This document shows positions 27,625-37,858 of a DNA stretch of 44,899 bases, piece after piece (the stretch's first letter is position 1; the number at the start of each line of letters is the position of its first letter). Origin of the DNA: Bacillales bacterium (GTDB lineage Bacteria; Bacillota_I; Bacilli_A; RFN20; CAG-826); NCBI GenBank assembly GCA_016287465.1, contig JAEEWP010000003.1, positions 1 through 44,899 of the forward strand, written 5' to 3'. The notes under the pieces are model-generated. The model searched no databases, had not been told where the DNA came from, and saw only the letters and a program-made list of their open reading frames with translations. A program made the translations under genes and the position numbers.

Positions 27625-27867
27625 TCGCTTCCCTCCTAAGGTCCCTCATATTATTGCCCAAAAAGGATAACCTCGGTTAGAAAATCATAAAAAAGGGATA
27701 AAGCAGCAGGGGTGAAAATACATGTTTTTGCCCTTCTAGAATTAACAAATTTGTGCATTGTGCATAAGAAATAGACAAAAAACAGGCCATTTTGATCAAA
27801 TTCCGACCATATCTTGAAGATTTTTGCAAAAGTGCCATAACCATCGAAAATATTTTTCATTTTTTTG

Positions 27868-27897
27868 TTGACGCGCTCTCATACGCGGGAATATACT
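27868..27897 (+). promoter_or_regulatory. S10 operon promoter
   Basis: TTGACG-18-TATACT with an AT-rich upstream element. Confidence 0.75.
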
Positions 27898-27903
27898 CAT
27901 ACA

Positions 27904-28030
27904 CGCTGACGCCAGCGATGAAGTGCGATGTTGCTGACACGCCGAAAGCCGTTGTTAAGGCCTTCGACTTAGTCAGGGAACTCGCATGGAGCTTGGCAAA
28001 GCAAGCCTGAAGAAATAAGGAGGAAAATTC
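27904..28030 (+). promoter_or_regulatory. Structured rpsJ leader
   Basis: GCGATGAAGTGCGATGTTGCTGACAC resembles Firmicutes rpsJ leaders; CTGAC/GTCAG and TGCGA/TCGCA can pair. Confidence 0.6.
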
Positions 28031-28345
28031 ATGGCGAAACAGCAAGTACTGCGCATTCGTTTGCAGGCTTACGATCACAAGATTCTCGACGTCGCCGTCC
28101 AGAAGATCGTAGAAATAGCGAATCACTTCAATGTGAAAATCGTCGGTCCTGTCCCGCTCCCAACCGAGAAGCAGGTCTACACGATTCTCCGTGCTACCTT
28201 CAAGTACAAGGATAGCCGCGAGCAGTTCGAAATCAGAACTCACAAGAGATTAATCGACATCGTCGGTCCAAACAAAGAGACCATTGATGCCATCAGGAAG
28301 CTTGATCTTCCAAACGGCGTCGACATCGATGTCACAGCGAAATAA
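28031..28345 (+). CDS. rpsJ: 30S ribosomal protein S10
   Basis: [32 protein letters not shown]. Confidence 0.98.
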   Translation: MAKQQVLRIRLQAYDHKILDVAVQKIVEIANHFNVKIVGPVPLPTEKQVYTILRATFKYKDSREQFEIRTHKRLIDIVGPNKETIDAIRKLDLPNGVDIDVTAK

Positions 28346-28358
28346 GGAGGACTGAAGA

Positions 28359-29042
28359 ATGAAATCCATCATCGGAAGAAAAATGGGCATGACTGAAGTC
28401 TTCGCCGCTGACGGAACTATGTATCCAGTCACCGTCATCGAAGTCCTTCCAAACGTCATCGTCGGAAAGAAGACCATCGAGAAAGATGGTTATGAAGCCC
28501 TCAAAGTTGGTTACGAAGACATCGCCGAGCACCGTCTCAACAAACCTGAGCTTGGTGTTTACAAGAAAGCCGGCGTCGCTGCCAAAGCTCACCTCTTCGA
28601 ATTAAAGGGTGAGGAAATCTACGGAAAGAACGTTGGTGAGAACCTCACCGCCGATCTCTTCCAGGCTGGTGAAGTCGTTGACATCATCGGCACCTCTAAA
28701 GGTCACGGTTACAGTGGCGTCATCAAACACTACGGCGCCCACATCGGTCCAAAGGGTCACGGTTCTGGCTATCACCGTCAGATCGGTTCCTTGGCCAACA
28801 ACGGTCGTGACAACAACCGCGTCATTCCAGGCAAGAGAATGAGCGGACACTGGGGTGATGAACAGACCACCCTTCTCAACGTCACCGTCATCGAGACGAG
28901 CGCCGAGAAGAACTACATCCTTGTCAAGGGTGGCATCCCAGGAGCCAAGAAAGGTCTCGTCATGATCAGAAGCGCTATCCTCAAGCAGTTCGGAAAGCCA
29001 GAGGTCAAGCCGCTTGTTGATCTTACGAAGAAAGGAGAATAA
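28359..29042 (+). CDS. rplC: 50S ribosomal protein L3
   Basis: GRKMGMT, PVTVI, SKGHG, HGS; operon position. Confidence 0.98.
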   Translation: MKSIIGRKMGMTEVFAADGTMYPVTVIEVLPNVIVGKKTIEKDGYEALKVGYEDIAEHRLNKPELGVYKKAGVAAKAHLFELKGEEIYGKNVGENLTADLFQAGEVVDIIGTSKGHGYSGVIKHYGAHIGPKGHGSGYHRQIGSLANNGRDNNRVIPGKRMSGHWGDEQTTLLNVTVIETSAEKNYILVKGGIPGAKKGLVMIRSAILKQFGKPEVKPLVDLTKKGE

Positions 29043-29044
29043 CA

Positions 29045-29677
29045 ATGGCGGAAAAGAAAATCAGTTTGCCAGTCGTTAATCTCGCCGGCGAAAAAGTCGG
29101 AGACGTCAAACTCAGCGCCGAGGTATTCGGCATCACCGAGAAAAACGAACAAGCCATCCATGACGCCGTCGTCGCTCAGAGCGCCAACGCCCGTCAGGCT
29201 ACTGCCAAAACCAAGAAGAGACACGAAGTCTCCGGTGGCGGCAAGAAGCCATATCGTCAAAAAGGTACCGGACGCGCCCGTGCGGGTAGCAGCCGCTCCC
29301 CAATCTGGGTTGGCGGTGGAACCGTCTTCGGACCAGATGGCAATCAGAACTACACCGTTTCTCAGAACAAGAAGGCCCACGCCCTTGCCATGAAGACCGT
29401 CCTCTCCCAGAAGGCCGCCAAAGGCCTCCTCATCGTGGACAGCCTCAAGCTCGCCAAGATCAGCACCAAAGCCATGGCTGAGTCCCTCAAGACCATCAAG
29501 GCTGAAGGCAAAGTTCTCTTGGTCGGAAGCGATGAGAAACTCGTCAAGAGCGCTACCAACATCGATGCCCTCGAGGTCCGCGCCCTTAACAACATCAGCG
29601 TCTATGACATCCTCAACGCCAACACCATGGTCATCAGCGAGGATGATGTCAAAGCGCTCGAAGGAGGACTTAAATAA
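29045..29677 (+). CDS. rplD: 50S ribosomal protein L4
   Basis: KPYRQKGTGRARAGS. Confidence 0.98.
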   Translation: MAEKKISLPVVNLAGEKVGDVKLSAEVFGITEKNEQAIHDAVVAQSANARQATAKTKKRHEVSGGGKKPYRQKGTGRARAGSSRSPIWVGGGTVFGPDGNQNYTVSQNKKAHALAMKTVLSQKAAKGLLIVDSLKLAKISTKAMAESLKTIKAEGKVLLVGSDEKLVKSATNIDALEVRALNNISVYDILNANTMVISEDDVKALEGGLK

Positions 29678-30132
29678 TGGCCGAAGAAAAGAAAGTCGCC
29701 GCCGAGAAGAAGACGGCTACCAAGAAAGCTCCTGCTAAGAAGGCTGCTCCTAAGAAAGAAGCCGCCCCAAAGGCTGAGGCCCCAAAAGCCGAGGCTAAGA
29801 AGGAAGCCCCAAAAGCTGCTAAGAAACCTATCGCTCTTCCAAATGAGCACGATTACAAAGTCATCTTGGAACCAGTCATCACCGAAAAGAGTATGGCTCT
29901 TCTCCAGAATGAGAACAAAGTGACCGTCAAGGTTGCTGATTGGAGCAACAAAGATGAGATCAAACTCAGCTTCCAGAGGCTCTATCAGGTCAAAGTCGTT
30001 GATATCAAGATCGTCAACGTCAACGCCAAGGAGAAATCCCGCGGCGGACGTTACAAAGGCTTCATCGGCGGCTTCAAGAAAGCGATCGTCACCATCGCCG
30101 AAGGCGAGGCTGTCGACCTCTTCAAAGAGTAG
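29677..30132 (+). CDS. rplW: 50S ribosomal protein L23 with N-terminal extension
   Basis: PVITEKS, NKDEIK, KKAIVT. Confidence 0.96.
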   Translation: MAEEKKVAAEKKTATKKAPAKKAAPKKEAAPKAEAPKAEAKKEAPKAAKKPIALPNEHDYKVILEPVITEKSMALLQNENKVTVKVADWSNKDEIKLSFQRLYQVKVVDIKIVNVNAKEKSRGGRYKGFIGGFKKAIVTIAEGEAVDLFKE

Positions 30133-30208
30133 GAAACACCCTTAAGACTTAATCCTTATATATAAATAAGAAAAATCTTAAAAAGAAAACCACTATAGGA
30201 GAAAAGAA

Positions 30209-31039
30209 ATGGCAATCAAAGTTTACAAGCCTTATACCAAGAGCCGTCGCGCCATGCAGACCCTCTCGTATGAGGAAATCACCAAAGCCACTCCTGAAAA
30301 ATCCCTTCTTCTCACCAAGAAACACACTGGTGGCAGAAACAATCAAGGAGTGATCACCTGCCGTCACCACGGCGGTGGCAACAAGAACCGTTACAGAATC
30401 GTCGATTTCCGTCGTAACAAAGACGAAATCCCAGGAACTGTCTCGGCGATCGAATACGATCCAAACCGTACCGCCTTCCTCGCCCTCATCACCTATGCTG
30501 ATGGCGAAAAGCGCTACATCATCAGACCAAAAGACCTCAACGTCGGTGACAAGATCATCAGCGGCGAGGCCACCGATATCAAAAACGGCAACAACTTAGC
30601 TCTTAAGAACATCCCAGAAGGTACCTTCATCCACAACATCGAGCTTAAGCCAGGCAAAGGCGGACAGATGTGCCGCGCTGCCGGTTCCATGGCTCAGGTC
30701 CTTGGCGTCGATGGCAAATACACCATCCTTCGCCTTGCCTCTGGTGAAGTCAGAAAGGTCTTAAGCGTCTGCCGTGCCACAATCGGCATCGTCGGCAACG
30801 ATGACTGGAACCTTGTCAACATCGGCAAGGCCGGTCGCAACCGCAACATGGGTATCCGTCCAACCGTCCGTGGTTCCGCGATGAACCCATGTGACCACCC
30901 TCACGGTGGTGGTGAAGGTAAGTGTCCTGTCGGACGCGATGCCCCACGCACCCCATGGGGAAAGAAAGCTATGGGCGTCAAGACCCGTCGCATCAAGAAG
31001 AACAGCAGCCGCCTCATCATGAGACGCCGCAATGGATAA
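30209..31039 (+). CDS. rplB: 50S ribosomal protein L2
   Basis: [31 protein letters not shown]. Confidence 0.99.
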   Translation: MAIKVYKPYTKSRRAMQTLSYEEITKATPEKSLLLTKKHTGGRNNQGVITCRHHGGGNKNRYRIVDFRRNKDEIPGTVSAIEYDPNRTAFLALITYADGEKRYIIRPKDLNVGDKIISGEATDIKNGNNLALKNIPEGTFIHNIELKPGKGGQMCRAAGSMAQVLGVDGKYTILRLASGEVRKVLSVCRATIGIVGNDDWNLVNIGKAGRNRNMGIRPTVRGSAMNPCDHPHGGGEGKCPVGRDAPRTPWGKKAMGVKTRRIKKNSSRLIMRRRNG

Positions 31040-31057
31040 GGAAAGGAGATCGAACAC

Positions 31058-31345
31058 ATGTCACGTTCTAGCAAAAAAGGCCCGTTCGTAGATGCTTACC
31101 TTCTCAAGAAGGTCGAGGATCTCGATAAAGCCGGCAAAAAAGAAGTCATCAAGACCTGGTCGAGACGTTCGACCATCTATCCTGCCTTCGTCGAGCACAC
31201 CTTCGCCGTCTATAACGGCAAAGAGCACATCACCGTCTTCGTCACTGAGGATATGGTCGGTCACAAGCTCGGCGAATTCGCCCCAACTAGAAGATTCGAA
31301 GGCCATCACGGCAACAACGCCGGTGATCAGGCCAGCGGTAAGTAA
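31058..31345 (+). CDS. rpsS: 30S ribosomal protein S19
   Basis: [22 protein letters not shown]. Confidence 0.99.
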   Translation: MSRSSKKGPFVDAYLLKKVEDLDKAGKKEVIKTWSRRSTIYPAFVEHTFAVYNGKEHITVFVTEDMVGHKLGEFAPTRRFEGHHGNNAGDQASGK

Positions 31346-31358
31346 GGAGTAAGCAACT

Positions 31359-31895
31359 ATGGCAGAAACCAAAAAGAAAGCTACTGCGGAAGTCAAAGAA
31401 GAAGCCAAGGCTGAGAAGAAACCAGCCGCCAAGAAGGCTCCTGCTAAGAAAGCCGCAGCCCCAAAGAAAGAAGCTGCTCCAGAGGCCGCTCCAAAGGCTG
31501 AAGAGAAGAAGCCAGCCAAGAAGAAGGCTGAGGTCAAGGCCGAGCCAGTCAAGGCTAAGGTCACTGAGGCCCACGCCATCGCCCGTGATGTTCGCGTCAC
31601 CCCACGTAAGGTCCGTCTCGTTATGGATCTCGTCCGTGGCAAGAGCGTCAACGATGCCCTTGAGCTCCTCTTCCACGTCAACAAAGCTGCTAGCGACCCA
31701 GTCGCCAAGCTCATCAAGAGCGCAGCCGCCAATGCCACCAACAACTTCGGCATGGCCGGTGACAAACTCTATGTCGCCGAGATCCAGGCCAGCGATGGTG
31801 TCAGAATGAAACGTTATGAACCACGCGGTAAGGGCGCAAGCTCCCCAATCATCAAGCGCACCAGCTTCATGAGAGTCACCGTGAAAGAAAGGTAA
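31359..31895 (+). CDS. rplV: 50S ribosomal protein L22 with N-terminal extension
   Basis: TPRKVRLVMDLVRG, SAAANA, PRGKG..IIKRTS. Confidence 0.97.
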   Translation: MAETKKKATAEVKEEAKAEKKPAAKKAPAKKAAAPKKEAAPEAAPKAEEKKPAKKKAEVKAEPVKAKVTEAHAIARDVRVTPRKVRLVMDLVRGKSVNDALELLFHVNKAASDPVAKLIKSAAANATNNFGMAGDKLYVAEIQASDGVRMKRYEPRGKGASSPIIKRTSFMRVTVKER

Positions 31896-31907
31896 GGAGG
31901 AATATCA

Positions 31908-32621
31908 ATGGGTCAGAAAGTTAACGCCGTCGGTCTTAGAATTGGTATCAACCGCGGCTGGGAAGCCAATTGGTATGCTTCCAAGAAAGACTACGCAACA
32001 TTCCTTGGTGAAGATATCGCCATCAGAAACTTCTTAGAGCCAAAACTCAAGGAAGCCCTTCTCAGCCATATCGACATCGCGCGTGTCAAAACCGATTCCG
32101 AATACAAAGTCACCGTCTCCCTCTACGTCGCCCGTCCAGGCGTCGTCATGGGCCAGGATGGTGCCAACACCAAACTTCTCAACGATGGTCTTAAGAAGAT
32201 CGTCAAGAGCGGCAATCCGCATCTTGAGGTCGTTGAGGTCAAAAACCCAGACGTCGATGCTACCCTCATCGGCAAATGGATCGCTTCTGAGCTCGAGAAC
32301 CGTCAGTCCTTCCGTAGCACCCAGAAGAAAGCCATCCAGCGTATGAGAAAAGCTGGCGCTTCCGGTTGCAGAACCCAGTGCCAGGGACGTCTTGGTGGAG
32401 CTGAAATCGCTCGTCGCGAAGGTTACAAAGAGGGCGTTGTCCCACTCGAAACCCTCCGTGCGGATATCGACTTCGCCGCCGTCAGCGCCGCTACCGCCTA
32501 TGGCAGAATCGGCGTGAAGGTCTGGTGCTGCAGAGGCACCAACAAGGTTGGAATCGCTTCCGCCGAAGAGAAGAAAGCTCCAAAAGCAGAAGGAGGAAAC
32601 AGAAATGCTCCAGCCAAGTAG
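31908..32621 (+). CDS. rpsC: 30S ribosomal protein S3
   Basis: [30 protein letters not shown]. Confidence 0.98.
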   Translation: MGQKVNAVGLRIGINRGWEANWYASKKDYATFLGEDIAIRNFLEPKLKEALLSHIDIARVKTDSEYKVTVSLYVARPGVVMGQDGANTKLLNDGLKKIVKSGNPHLEVVEVKNPDVDATLIGKWIASELENRQSFRSTQKKAIQRMRKAGASGCRTQCQGRLGGAEIARREGYKEGVVPLETLRADIDFAAVSAATAYGRIGVKVWCCRGTNKVGIASAEEKKAPKAEGGNRNAPAK

Positions 32622-33015
32622 AACTAAATACCGCCGCCCACATGGCCTCAGCTATGAGGGTGTCGCCACCAAAGGCAACACGGTCGCCTTCGGTGAGTAT
32701 GGCTTAGCCGCGTTGGAAGGAACCTACATCACCGACCACCAGATCGAAGCCGCTCGTATCGTCTTATCCCGTTACACCGACCGTTCTGGCAAGGTTTGGA
32801 TCAGAATCTTCCCTCACCTCGCCTTCACCAAGAAGCCAGCCGAAGTCCGTATGGGTTCCGGTAAAGGTTCACCAGAAGGATGGGTCGCCGTCGTCAAGAA
32901 GAACAGAGTCATGTTCGAGATCGGCGGTGTCTCCGAAGAAGTCGCCATGAAGGCCCTTCGTCAGGCTTCCTTCAAACTTCCGATCAACTGCAAGATCGTT
33001 AAGAAAGGAGAATAA
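32605..33015 (+). CDS. rplP: 50S ribosomal protein L16
   Basis: [31 protein letters not shown] lies inside the rpsC tail. Confidence 0.98.
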   Translation: MLQPSRTKYRRPHGLSYEGVATKGNTVAFGEYGLAALEGTYITDHQIEAARIVLSRYTDRSGKVWIRIFPHLAFTKKPAEVRMGSGKGSPEGWVAVVKKNRVMFEIGGVSEEVAMKALRQASFKLPINCKIVKKGE

Positions 33016-33017
33016 GC

Positions 33018-33227
33018 ATGGATATCAAAGAATTCCGCGAGTTATCTCCAAAAGAGTTAGACGAGAAGCTTGCCAGCCTTCGTCAGAAGCTCTTCGAGCT
33101 CTCCCGCCAAAGAGCGGTGGGACAGATTGAGCACCCAGACGAATTACACTACGTCCGCAAGGACATCGCTAAGGCCGAAACCGTGAAGCGTGAGAGAGCC
33201 CTCCACCTTCATGAGGAAGCCAAATAA
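33018..33227 (+). CDS. rpmC: 50S ribosomal protein L29
   Basis: LFEL, VRKDIAK; operon position. Confidence 0.95.
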   Translation: MDIKEFRELSPKELDEKLASLRQKLFELSRQRAVGQIEHPDELHYVRKDIAKAETVKRERALHLHEEAK

Positions 33228-33244
33228 GAAAGGAGACCAATACC

Positions 33245-33598
33245 ATGGAAGAAAGAAATAGAAGAACTTCTCTTCAAGGGGTTGTGACCGGAACCAAGAT
33301 GGCCAAAACCATCATCGTTACCGTCAGCACCAAGCGTAATGATCCCCTTTACAAGAAGAGAGTCGGATACTCCAAGAAGTATTACGCTCACGACGAGAAC
33401 GAACAGGCCAAGCTCGGTGATGAAGTCACCATCATGGCTTGCCGCCCACTCTCCCGTCTTAAGAGATGGAGACTCGTCTCCATTGATAAAGCCGCTTTAG
33501 CCGGTGAGTCAGTCGAAGCCATCGAAGCCGCCCTCGAGAAGAAGGAAGGTTCCGATGAGATCGTCGCTGCCCCAGCCGAGGAAGCGAAAGCTGAATAA
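33245..33598 (+). CDS. rpsQ: 30S ribosomal protein S17 with acidic C-terminal extension
   Basis: [26 protein letters not shown]. Confidence 0.97.
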   Translation: MEERNRRTSLQGVVTGTKMAKTIIVTVSTKRNDPLYKKRVGYSKKYYAHDENEQAKLGDEVTIMACRPLSRLKRWRLVSIDKAALAGESVEAIEAALEKKEGSDEIVAAPAEEAKAE

Positions 33599-33612
33599 GG
33601 AGGAAACGGATA

Positions 33613-33981
33613 ATGGTCCAGAATGAATCGAATCTCGTGGTCGCCGATAACAGCGGTGCCCGCATCGTCCGCATCTTCCGTCAGCTCGGCGGAGCCCGTA
33701 TGAAGGTCTCCTCCATCGGTGACATCGTCCTCTGCGCCGTCAAGGACGCTGCCCCAAATGGAAAGGTCAAGAAGGGTCAAGTCGTCAAAGGCGTCATCGT
33801 CCGCACCAAGAGACAGGTCATCCGCAAAGATGGCTCCTCCATTGGCTTCGATGATAATGCCGTGGTCATCGTCGATGATGATCATAACCCACTCGGCACC
33901 CGTGTCTTCGGACCGGTCGCCCGTGAGCTTCGTGAAAAGGGATTCATGAAAATCATCTCCCTTGCCAGCGAGGTCTTGTAA
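33613..33981 (+). CDS. rplN: 50S ribosomal protein L14
   Basis: [25 protein letters not shown]. Confidence 0.99.
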   Translation: MVQNESNLVVADNSGARIVRIFRQLGGARMKVSSIGDIVLCAVKDAAPNGKVKKGQVVKGVIVRTKRQVIRKDGSSIGFDDNAVVIVDDDHNPLGTRVFGPVARELREKGFMKIISLASEVL

Positions 33982-33992
33982 GGAGAAGAGAT

Positions 33993-34301
33993 ATGAACAT
34001 CAAAAAAGGTGATAAAGTCATCGTTCTCTCCGGTGATGACAAAGGCAAGCAGGGCACCGTTCAGAAGGTTTACCCAAAGCTTAACAAAGTCGTCGTCGAA
34101 GGCGTGAACGTCCACAAGAAACACAAGAAGCCAAACCAGAACGTCCAAGAAGGCTCCATCCTCGACATCTATGTCCCGCTTGATGCCTCTAAGGTCGCTC
34201 TCATTGACCCAAAGACAAAGAAAGCCACTCGTGTCCATATGACCATCGAGAATGGCAAGAAGGTTCGCACCGCCAAGAGCGGAGCCAACCTCGATAAGTA
34301 A
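33993..34301 (+). CDS. rplX: 50S ribosomal protein L24
   Basis: KOW motif [17 protein letters not shown]; VEGVN. Confidence 0.98.
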   Translation: MNIKKGDKVIVLSGDDKGKQGTVQKVYPKLNKVVVEGVNVHKKHKKPNQNVQEGSILDIYVPLDASKVALIDPKTKKATRVHMTIENGKKVRTAKSGANLDK

Positions 34302-34318
34302 GGAAGGAGGACATAACA

Positions 34319-35044
34319 ATGGCAGAAGAAGAAAAGAAAGCTACCGCTAAGAAAACTACTACCGCTAAGAAAGCCTCCGCTCCTAAAGCCACTAAGGCTA
34401 GCGCTCCAAAAGCCGCTGCTCCAAAAGCAGAAGCTCCAAAAGAGGAAGCCCCAAAGGCCGAGGCCCCAAAAGCCAGCAAGAAACCAGCCGCTCCTGCAAA
34501 AGAGCTCAACCGTGTTCTTGCCAAATATAAGAACGAAGTTGTTCCAGCTCTCATCAAAGAGTTCGGATACACCTCCATCATGCAAGCCCCACGCTTCGAG
34601 AAGATCGTCATCAACATCGGCGTCGGCGATGCCACCTCAAACGGCAAAGCCCTCGAAGACAGCGTCGCTGAATTGACCGCTATCGCTGGCCAGAAGCCAG
34701 TCATCACCAAAGCCAGAAAGTCCATCGCGAACTTCAAGCTCCGTGAAGGACAGGCCATTGGCACCAAAGTTACCCTTCGTGGTCAGAGAATGTACGAGTT
34801 CTACGATAAGCTCGTCTCCATCGCTCTCCCACGCGTCCGTGACTTCCGTGGCGTCTCCAAGAACGCCTTCGACGGTCATGGTAACTACACCTTGGGTGTT
34901 CGTGAGCAGCTCATCTTCCCTGAGATCGACTACGATAAGATCTCGAAGATCCGTGGCATGGACATCGTCATTGTCACTACCGCTCAGAGCGATGCCGAAG
35001 CCTTCAAGCTTCTTGAACTCCTCGGCATGCCATTCAAACGTTAA
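34319..35044 (+). CDS. rplE: 50S ribosomal protein L5 with N-terminal extension
   Basis: [34 protein letters not shown]. Confidence 0.98.
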   Translation: MAEEEKKATAKKTTTAKKASAPKATKASAPKAAAPKAEAPKEEAPKAEAPKASKKPAAPAKELNRVLAKYKNEVVPALIKEFGYTSIMQAPRFEKIVINIGVGDATSNGKALEDSVAELTAIAGQKPVITKARKSIANFKLREGQAIGTKVTLRGQRMYEFYDKLVSIALPRVRDFRGVSKNAFDGHGNYTLGVREQLIFPEIDYDKISKIRGMDIVIVTTAQSDAEAFKLLELLGMPFKR

Positions 35045-35056
35045 GGAGAAACGAAC

Positions 35057-35242
35057 ATGGCCAAAACTAGTTTAATCGTCAGAGCGAGCCGCCCACAGAA
35101 GTTCAGCACCCGCAACTACACCCGTTGCCAGCGCTGCGGCCGCCCACACGGTGTCCTCCGTAAATTCGGACTTTGCCGTATCTGCCTCAGGGAGATGGCC
35201 TACAAAGGCGAGATCCCAGGCATGAAGAAGGCTTCATGGTAA
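35057..35242 (+). CDS. rpsN: 30S ribosomal protein S14, zinc-binding type Z
   Basis: [23 protein letters not shown]. Confidence 0.98.
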   Translation: MAKTSLIVRASRPQKFSTRNYTRCQRCGRPHGVLRKFGLCRICLREMAYKGEIPGMKKASW

Positions 35243-35261
35243 TAAGGAAAGGAGATAAAAA

Positions 35262-35657
35262 ATGATTGCAGATCCAATTGCCGATATGCTCACTCGCATC
35301 AGAAACGCCAACGCGCTTCGTTACGAGACTGTCTCCATGCCTTATAGCAAGGTCAAGGGAGAAATCGCCCGCATCCTTCTTGCCGAAGGTTACATCAGTT
35401 CCTTCGTCGCCGAAGGTGAAGGCGCGAGCAAAACCCTCACTTTAACCCTTAAGTATGGCGCGAACGGCGAGCGCGTTATCACTAATCTCAAGAGGATTAG
35501 TAAGCCAGGTCTCCGCGTGACCATGGAATGCGAAAAGCTTCCAAAGGTCCTCAAAGGTCTTGGCATCGCCATCATCAGCACCAGCAAAGGCATCCTCACC
35601 GACGCTGAAGCTCGCAAAGAGCACGTCGGCGGCGAAGTTCTCTGCTACGTCTGGTAA
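35262..35657 (+). CDS. rpsH: 30S ribosomal protein S8
   Basis: [28 protein letters not shown]. Confidence 0.99.
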   Translation: MIADPIADMLTRIRNANALRYETVSMPYSKVKGEIARILLAEGYISSFVAEGEGASKTLTLTLKYGANGERVITNLKRISKPGLRVTMECEKLPKVLKGLGIAIISTSKGILTDAEARKEHVGGEVLCYVW

Positions 35658-35680
35658 TTAGAGGAGAAGAAAGTACATTT

Positions 35681-36241
35681 ATGTCACGTATTGGATTAAA
35701 ACCCATCTCTCTTCCTGAGGGCGTCACCTATGAAATCAAAGATGGCGCTGTCTCCGTCAAAGGTCCAAAGGGCGAAGTAAGCGTCAAGCTCTTAGCTGGC
35801 GTCAGCGTCCATGAGGAAGGCGGAGCCTTGCACTGCGTTCTCGAAGATACCGAGAGCAGACAAGCCCATAAAAACCACGGTACCTTCGCGGCTAACCTTC
35901 ACAATGCCGCCAAGGGCGTGAGCGAAGGCTGGAAGAAAGAACTCGAAATCAACGGAACCGGTTACCGCGCCTCCGTCAAGAACGGCGCTGTCTGCATGTT
36001 CCTCGGCTACTCTCACGAAATCCGTGTCGAGCCAGTCGGAAAGTTCACCAAGATCACCTGCACCGATGACACCCACGTCGTCGTTGAAGGCTGCGACAAG
36101 CACGATGTTGGACAGACCGCTGCCCTCATCTATGATTCACACCGTCCAGACGTCTACGGTCAGAAAGGCGTCCACTACAAAGGCCAGCACCTCATCAAGA
36201 AGGTTGGTAAGCGTGCCGCTGCCACCGGTGCTAAGAAATAA
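35681..36241 (+). CDS. rplF: 50S ribosomal protein L6
   Basis: MSRIG, VKGPKG, GTGYRA, LGYSH. Confidence 0.97.
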   Translation: MSRIGLKPISLPEGVTYEIKDGAVSVKGPKGEVSVKLLAGVSVHEEGGALHCVLEDTESRQAHKNHGTFAANLHNAAKGVSEGWKKELEINGTGYRASVKNGAVCMFLGYSHEIRVEPVGKFTKITCTDDTHVVVEGCDKHDVGQTAALIYDSHRPDVYGQKGVHYKGQHLIKKVGKRAAATGAKK

Positions 36242-36255
36242 GGAGGAGAGAACAT

Positions 36256-36612
36256 ATGATTCAGAAAGAGTCCCGTTCGGCGGTCAGAGCCCGTCGTCAC
36301 CTCAGAGTCAGAGCGAAGATCTCCGGCACCGCGGAATGCCCACGTCTTGTGGTCTTCCGTTCCAACAAACACATCGAAGCCCAGCTCATCGACGATACCA
36401 AAGGTATGACCTTGGCTTGCACTTCGAGTGTCCAACTCAAACTTGCTAACGGCTCCAACTGCGAAGCCGCTGCCAAAGTTGGTGAAGCTATCGCCAATAA
36501 AGCCAAAGATAAAGGCATCTCCAAGGTCGTCTTCGACCGTGGTGGTTACCAATATCATGGGCGTATTGCCGCCCTCGCCGAAGCCGCACGTAAAGCCGGC
36601 CTCGTGTTCTAA
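36256..36612 (+). CDS. rplR: 50S ribosomal protein L18
   Basis: [24 protein letters not shown]. Confidence 0.98.
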   Translation: MIQKESRSAVRARRHLRVRAKISGTAECPRLVVFRSNKHIEAQLIDDTKGMTLACTSSVQLKLANGSNCEAAAKVGEAIANKAKDKGISKVVFDRGGYQYHGRIAALAEAARKAGLVF

Positions 36613-36623
36613 GGAGAAAAACT

Positions 36624-37412
36624 ATGGCTGAAGAAAATAAAGAAGTTGTGGCTCAAGAAGCCGCTAACAATGCTCCAGAGGCGAAGCGTAATCCTACTGG
36701 CAACCCAGAACGTGAACCAGCCGGTAGCCGCACGAGCGACCGTCCAGGCTCCCGCAAATTCGGCGACCACCGTGGCCGTCCAGGCGAGAGACGTGGTGGC
36801 CGTGGCGGATTCCGTCGCGAAGAAGATGACTTCAACGATCGCGTTGTTGATATCAACAAGGTCACCAAAGTCGTCATGGGTGGCAAACATATGCGTTTCG
36901 ATGCCCTCGTCGTCGTCGGCGATGGCAAAGGCCACTATGGATTTGCCATGAGAAAATCCGGTGAAGTCCCGGATGCCATCAAGAAATCCTTAACCGCTGC
37001 TAAGAAGAACCTCAAGAGTGTCCACCTTACCAAAGGCACCATCGCTCACGAAGTCGAAGGCAGCTGGACCTCCACCAAGGTCATCCTCAAACCAGCTCCA
37101 GCTGGCACTGGTATCATCGCTGGTGGCGCCGTCCGTGCCGTCCTTGAGCTCACTGGCATCAAGAACGTCGTTTCCAAAGTCTATGGCTCCCGTACCGCCC
37201 TCAACGTGGTCCGTGCCACCGACGCCGCTCTCCAGTCCCTTAAGAGCTATGACAAGGTCATGGTTCTCCGTGGTCTTAAGACCGAAGAGGAGATCAAAGC
37301 CATGCATCCAGCCCCAGCCCCAAAGGCCGAGAGAGCCGAAAGAGCTCCACGTAACTTCGAGAAGCGTGCCCCACGCGCTCACGAAGCCAAAGAGCCAAAA
37401 GGAGATAAATAA
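36624..37412 (+). CDS. rpsE: 30S ribosomal protein S5 with N- and C-terminal extensions
   Basis: KVTKVVMGG, ALVVVGD, PAPAGTGIIAGG. Confidence 0.97.
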   Translation: MAEENKEVVAQEAANNAPEAKRNPTGNPEREPAGSRTSDRPGSRKFGDHRGRPGERRGGRGGFRREEDDFNDRVVDINKVTKVVMGGKHMRFDALVVVGDGKGHYGFAMRKSGEVPDAIKKSLTAAKKNLKSVHLTKGTIAHEVEGSWTSTKVILKPAPAGTGIIAGGAVRAVLELTGIKNVVSKVYGSRTALNVVRATDAALQSLKSYDKVMVLRGLKTEEEIKAMHPAPAPKAERAERAPRNFEKRAPRAHEAKEPKGDK

Positions 37413-37858
37413 TGGCTGAGAATCTTCATACTATCGTGGTGGTCGAAGGCTCCCGCAAAGAGCACTTCCGCAAAGGTCAGGGCTTAGGCTCTGGCAATGG
37501 CAAGACCGCCGGCCGTGGCCAGAAAGGCCAAGGCGCTCATGCCCATACCAAGAAGAACGGCTTCGAAGGCGGTCAGATGCCTTTAGCTCGCCGTATTCCA
37601 AAGTATGGTTTCAACAACAACATCAAAGTCATCAAGGCTGTCGTCAACCTCGATGATCTCAACGCCTTCGAAGAGGGCTCCGTCGTCGATGGAAAAGCCC
37701 TTGTCGAAAAAGGTTTAGTGAAGAGCCTCACCAATGGTGTTAAAATCCTTGGTACTGGTGCATTAACCAAAAAACTCACTGTCAAAGCCAATGCCTTCTC
37801 CGCGAAGGCCAAAGCTGCCATTGAGGAAAAAGGTGGCATTGCCGAGGTTATTAAGTAA
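37412..37858 (+). CDS. rplO: 50S ribosomal protein L15
   Basis: GSGNGKTAGRGQKGQ, FEGGQMPL..RIPK. Confidence 0.98.
   Translation: MAENLHTIVVVEGSRKEHFRKGQGLGSGNGKTAGRGQKGQGAHAHTKKNGFEGGQMPLARRIPKYGFNNNIKVIKAVVNLDDLNAFEEGSVVDGKALVEKGLVKSLTNGVKILGTGALTKKLTVKANAFSAKAKAAIEEKGGIAEVIK

Noticed and set aside
32548-32604. Apparent N-terminal extension of L16
   Set aside because: It lies inside rpsC; the canonical MLQP start at 32605 has its own SD.
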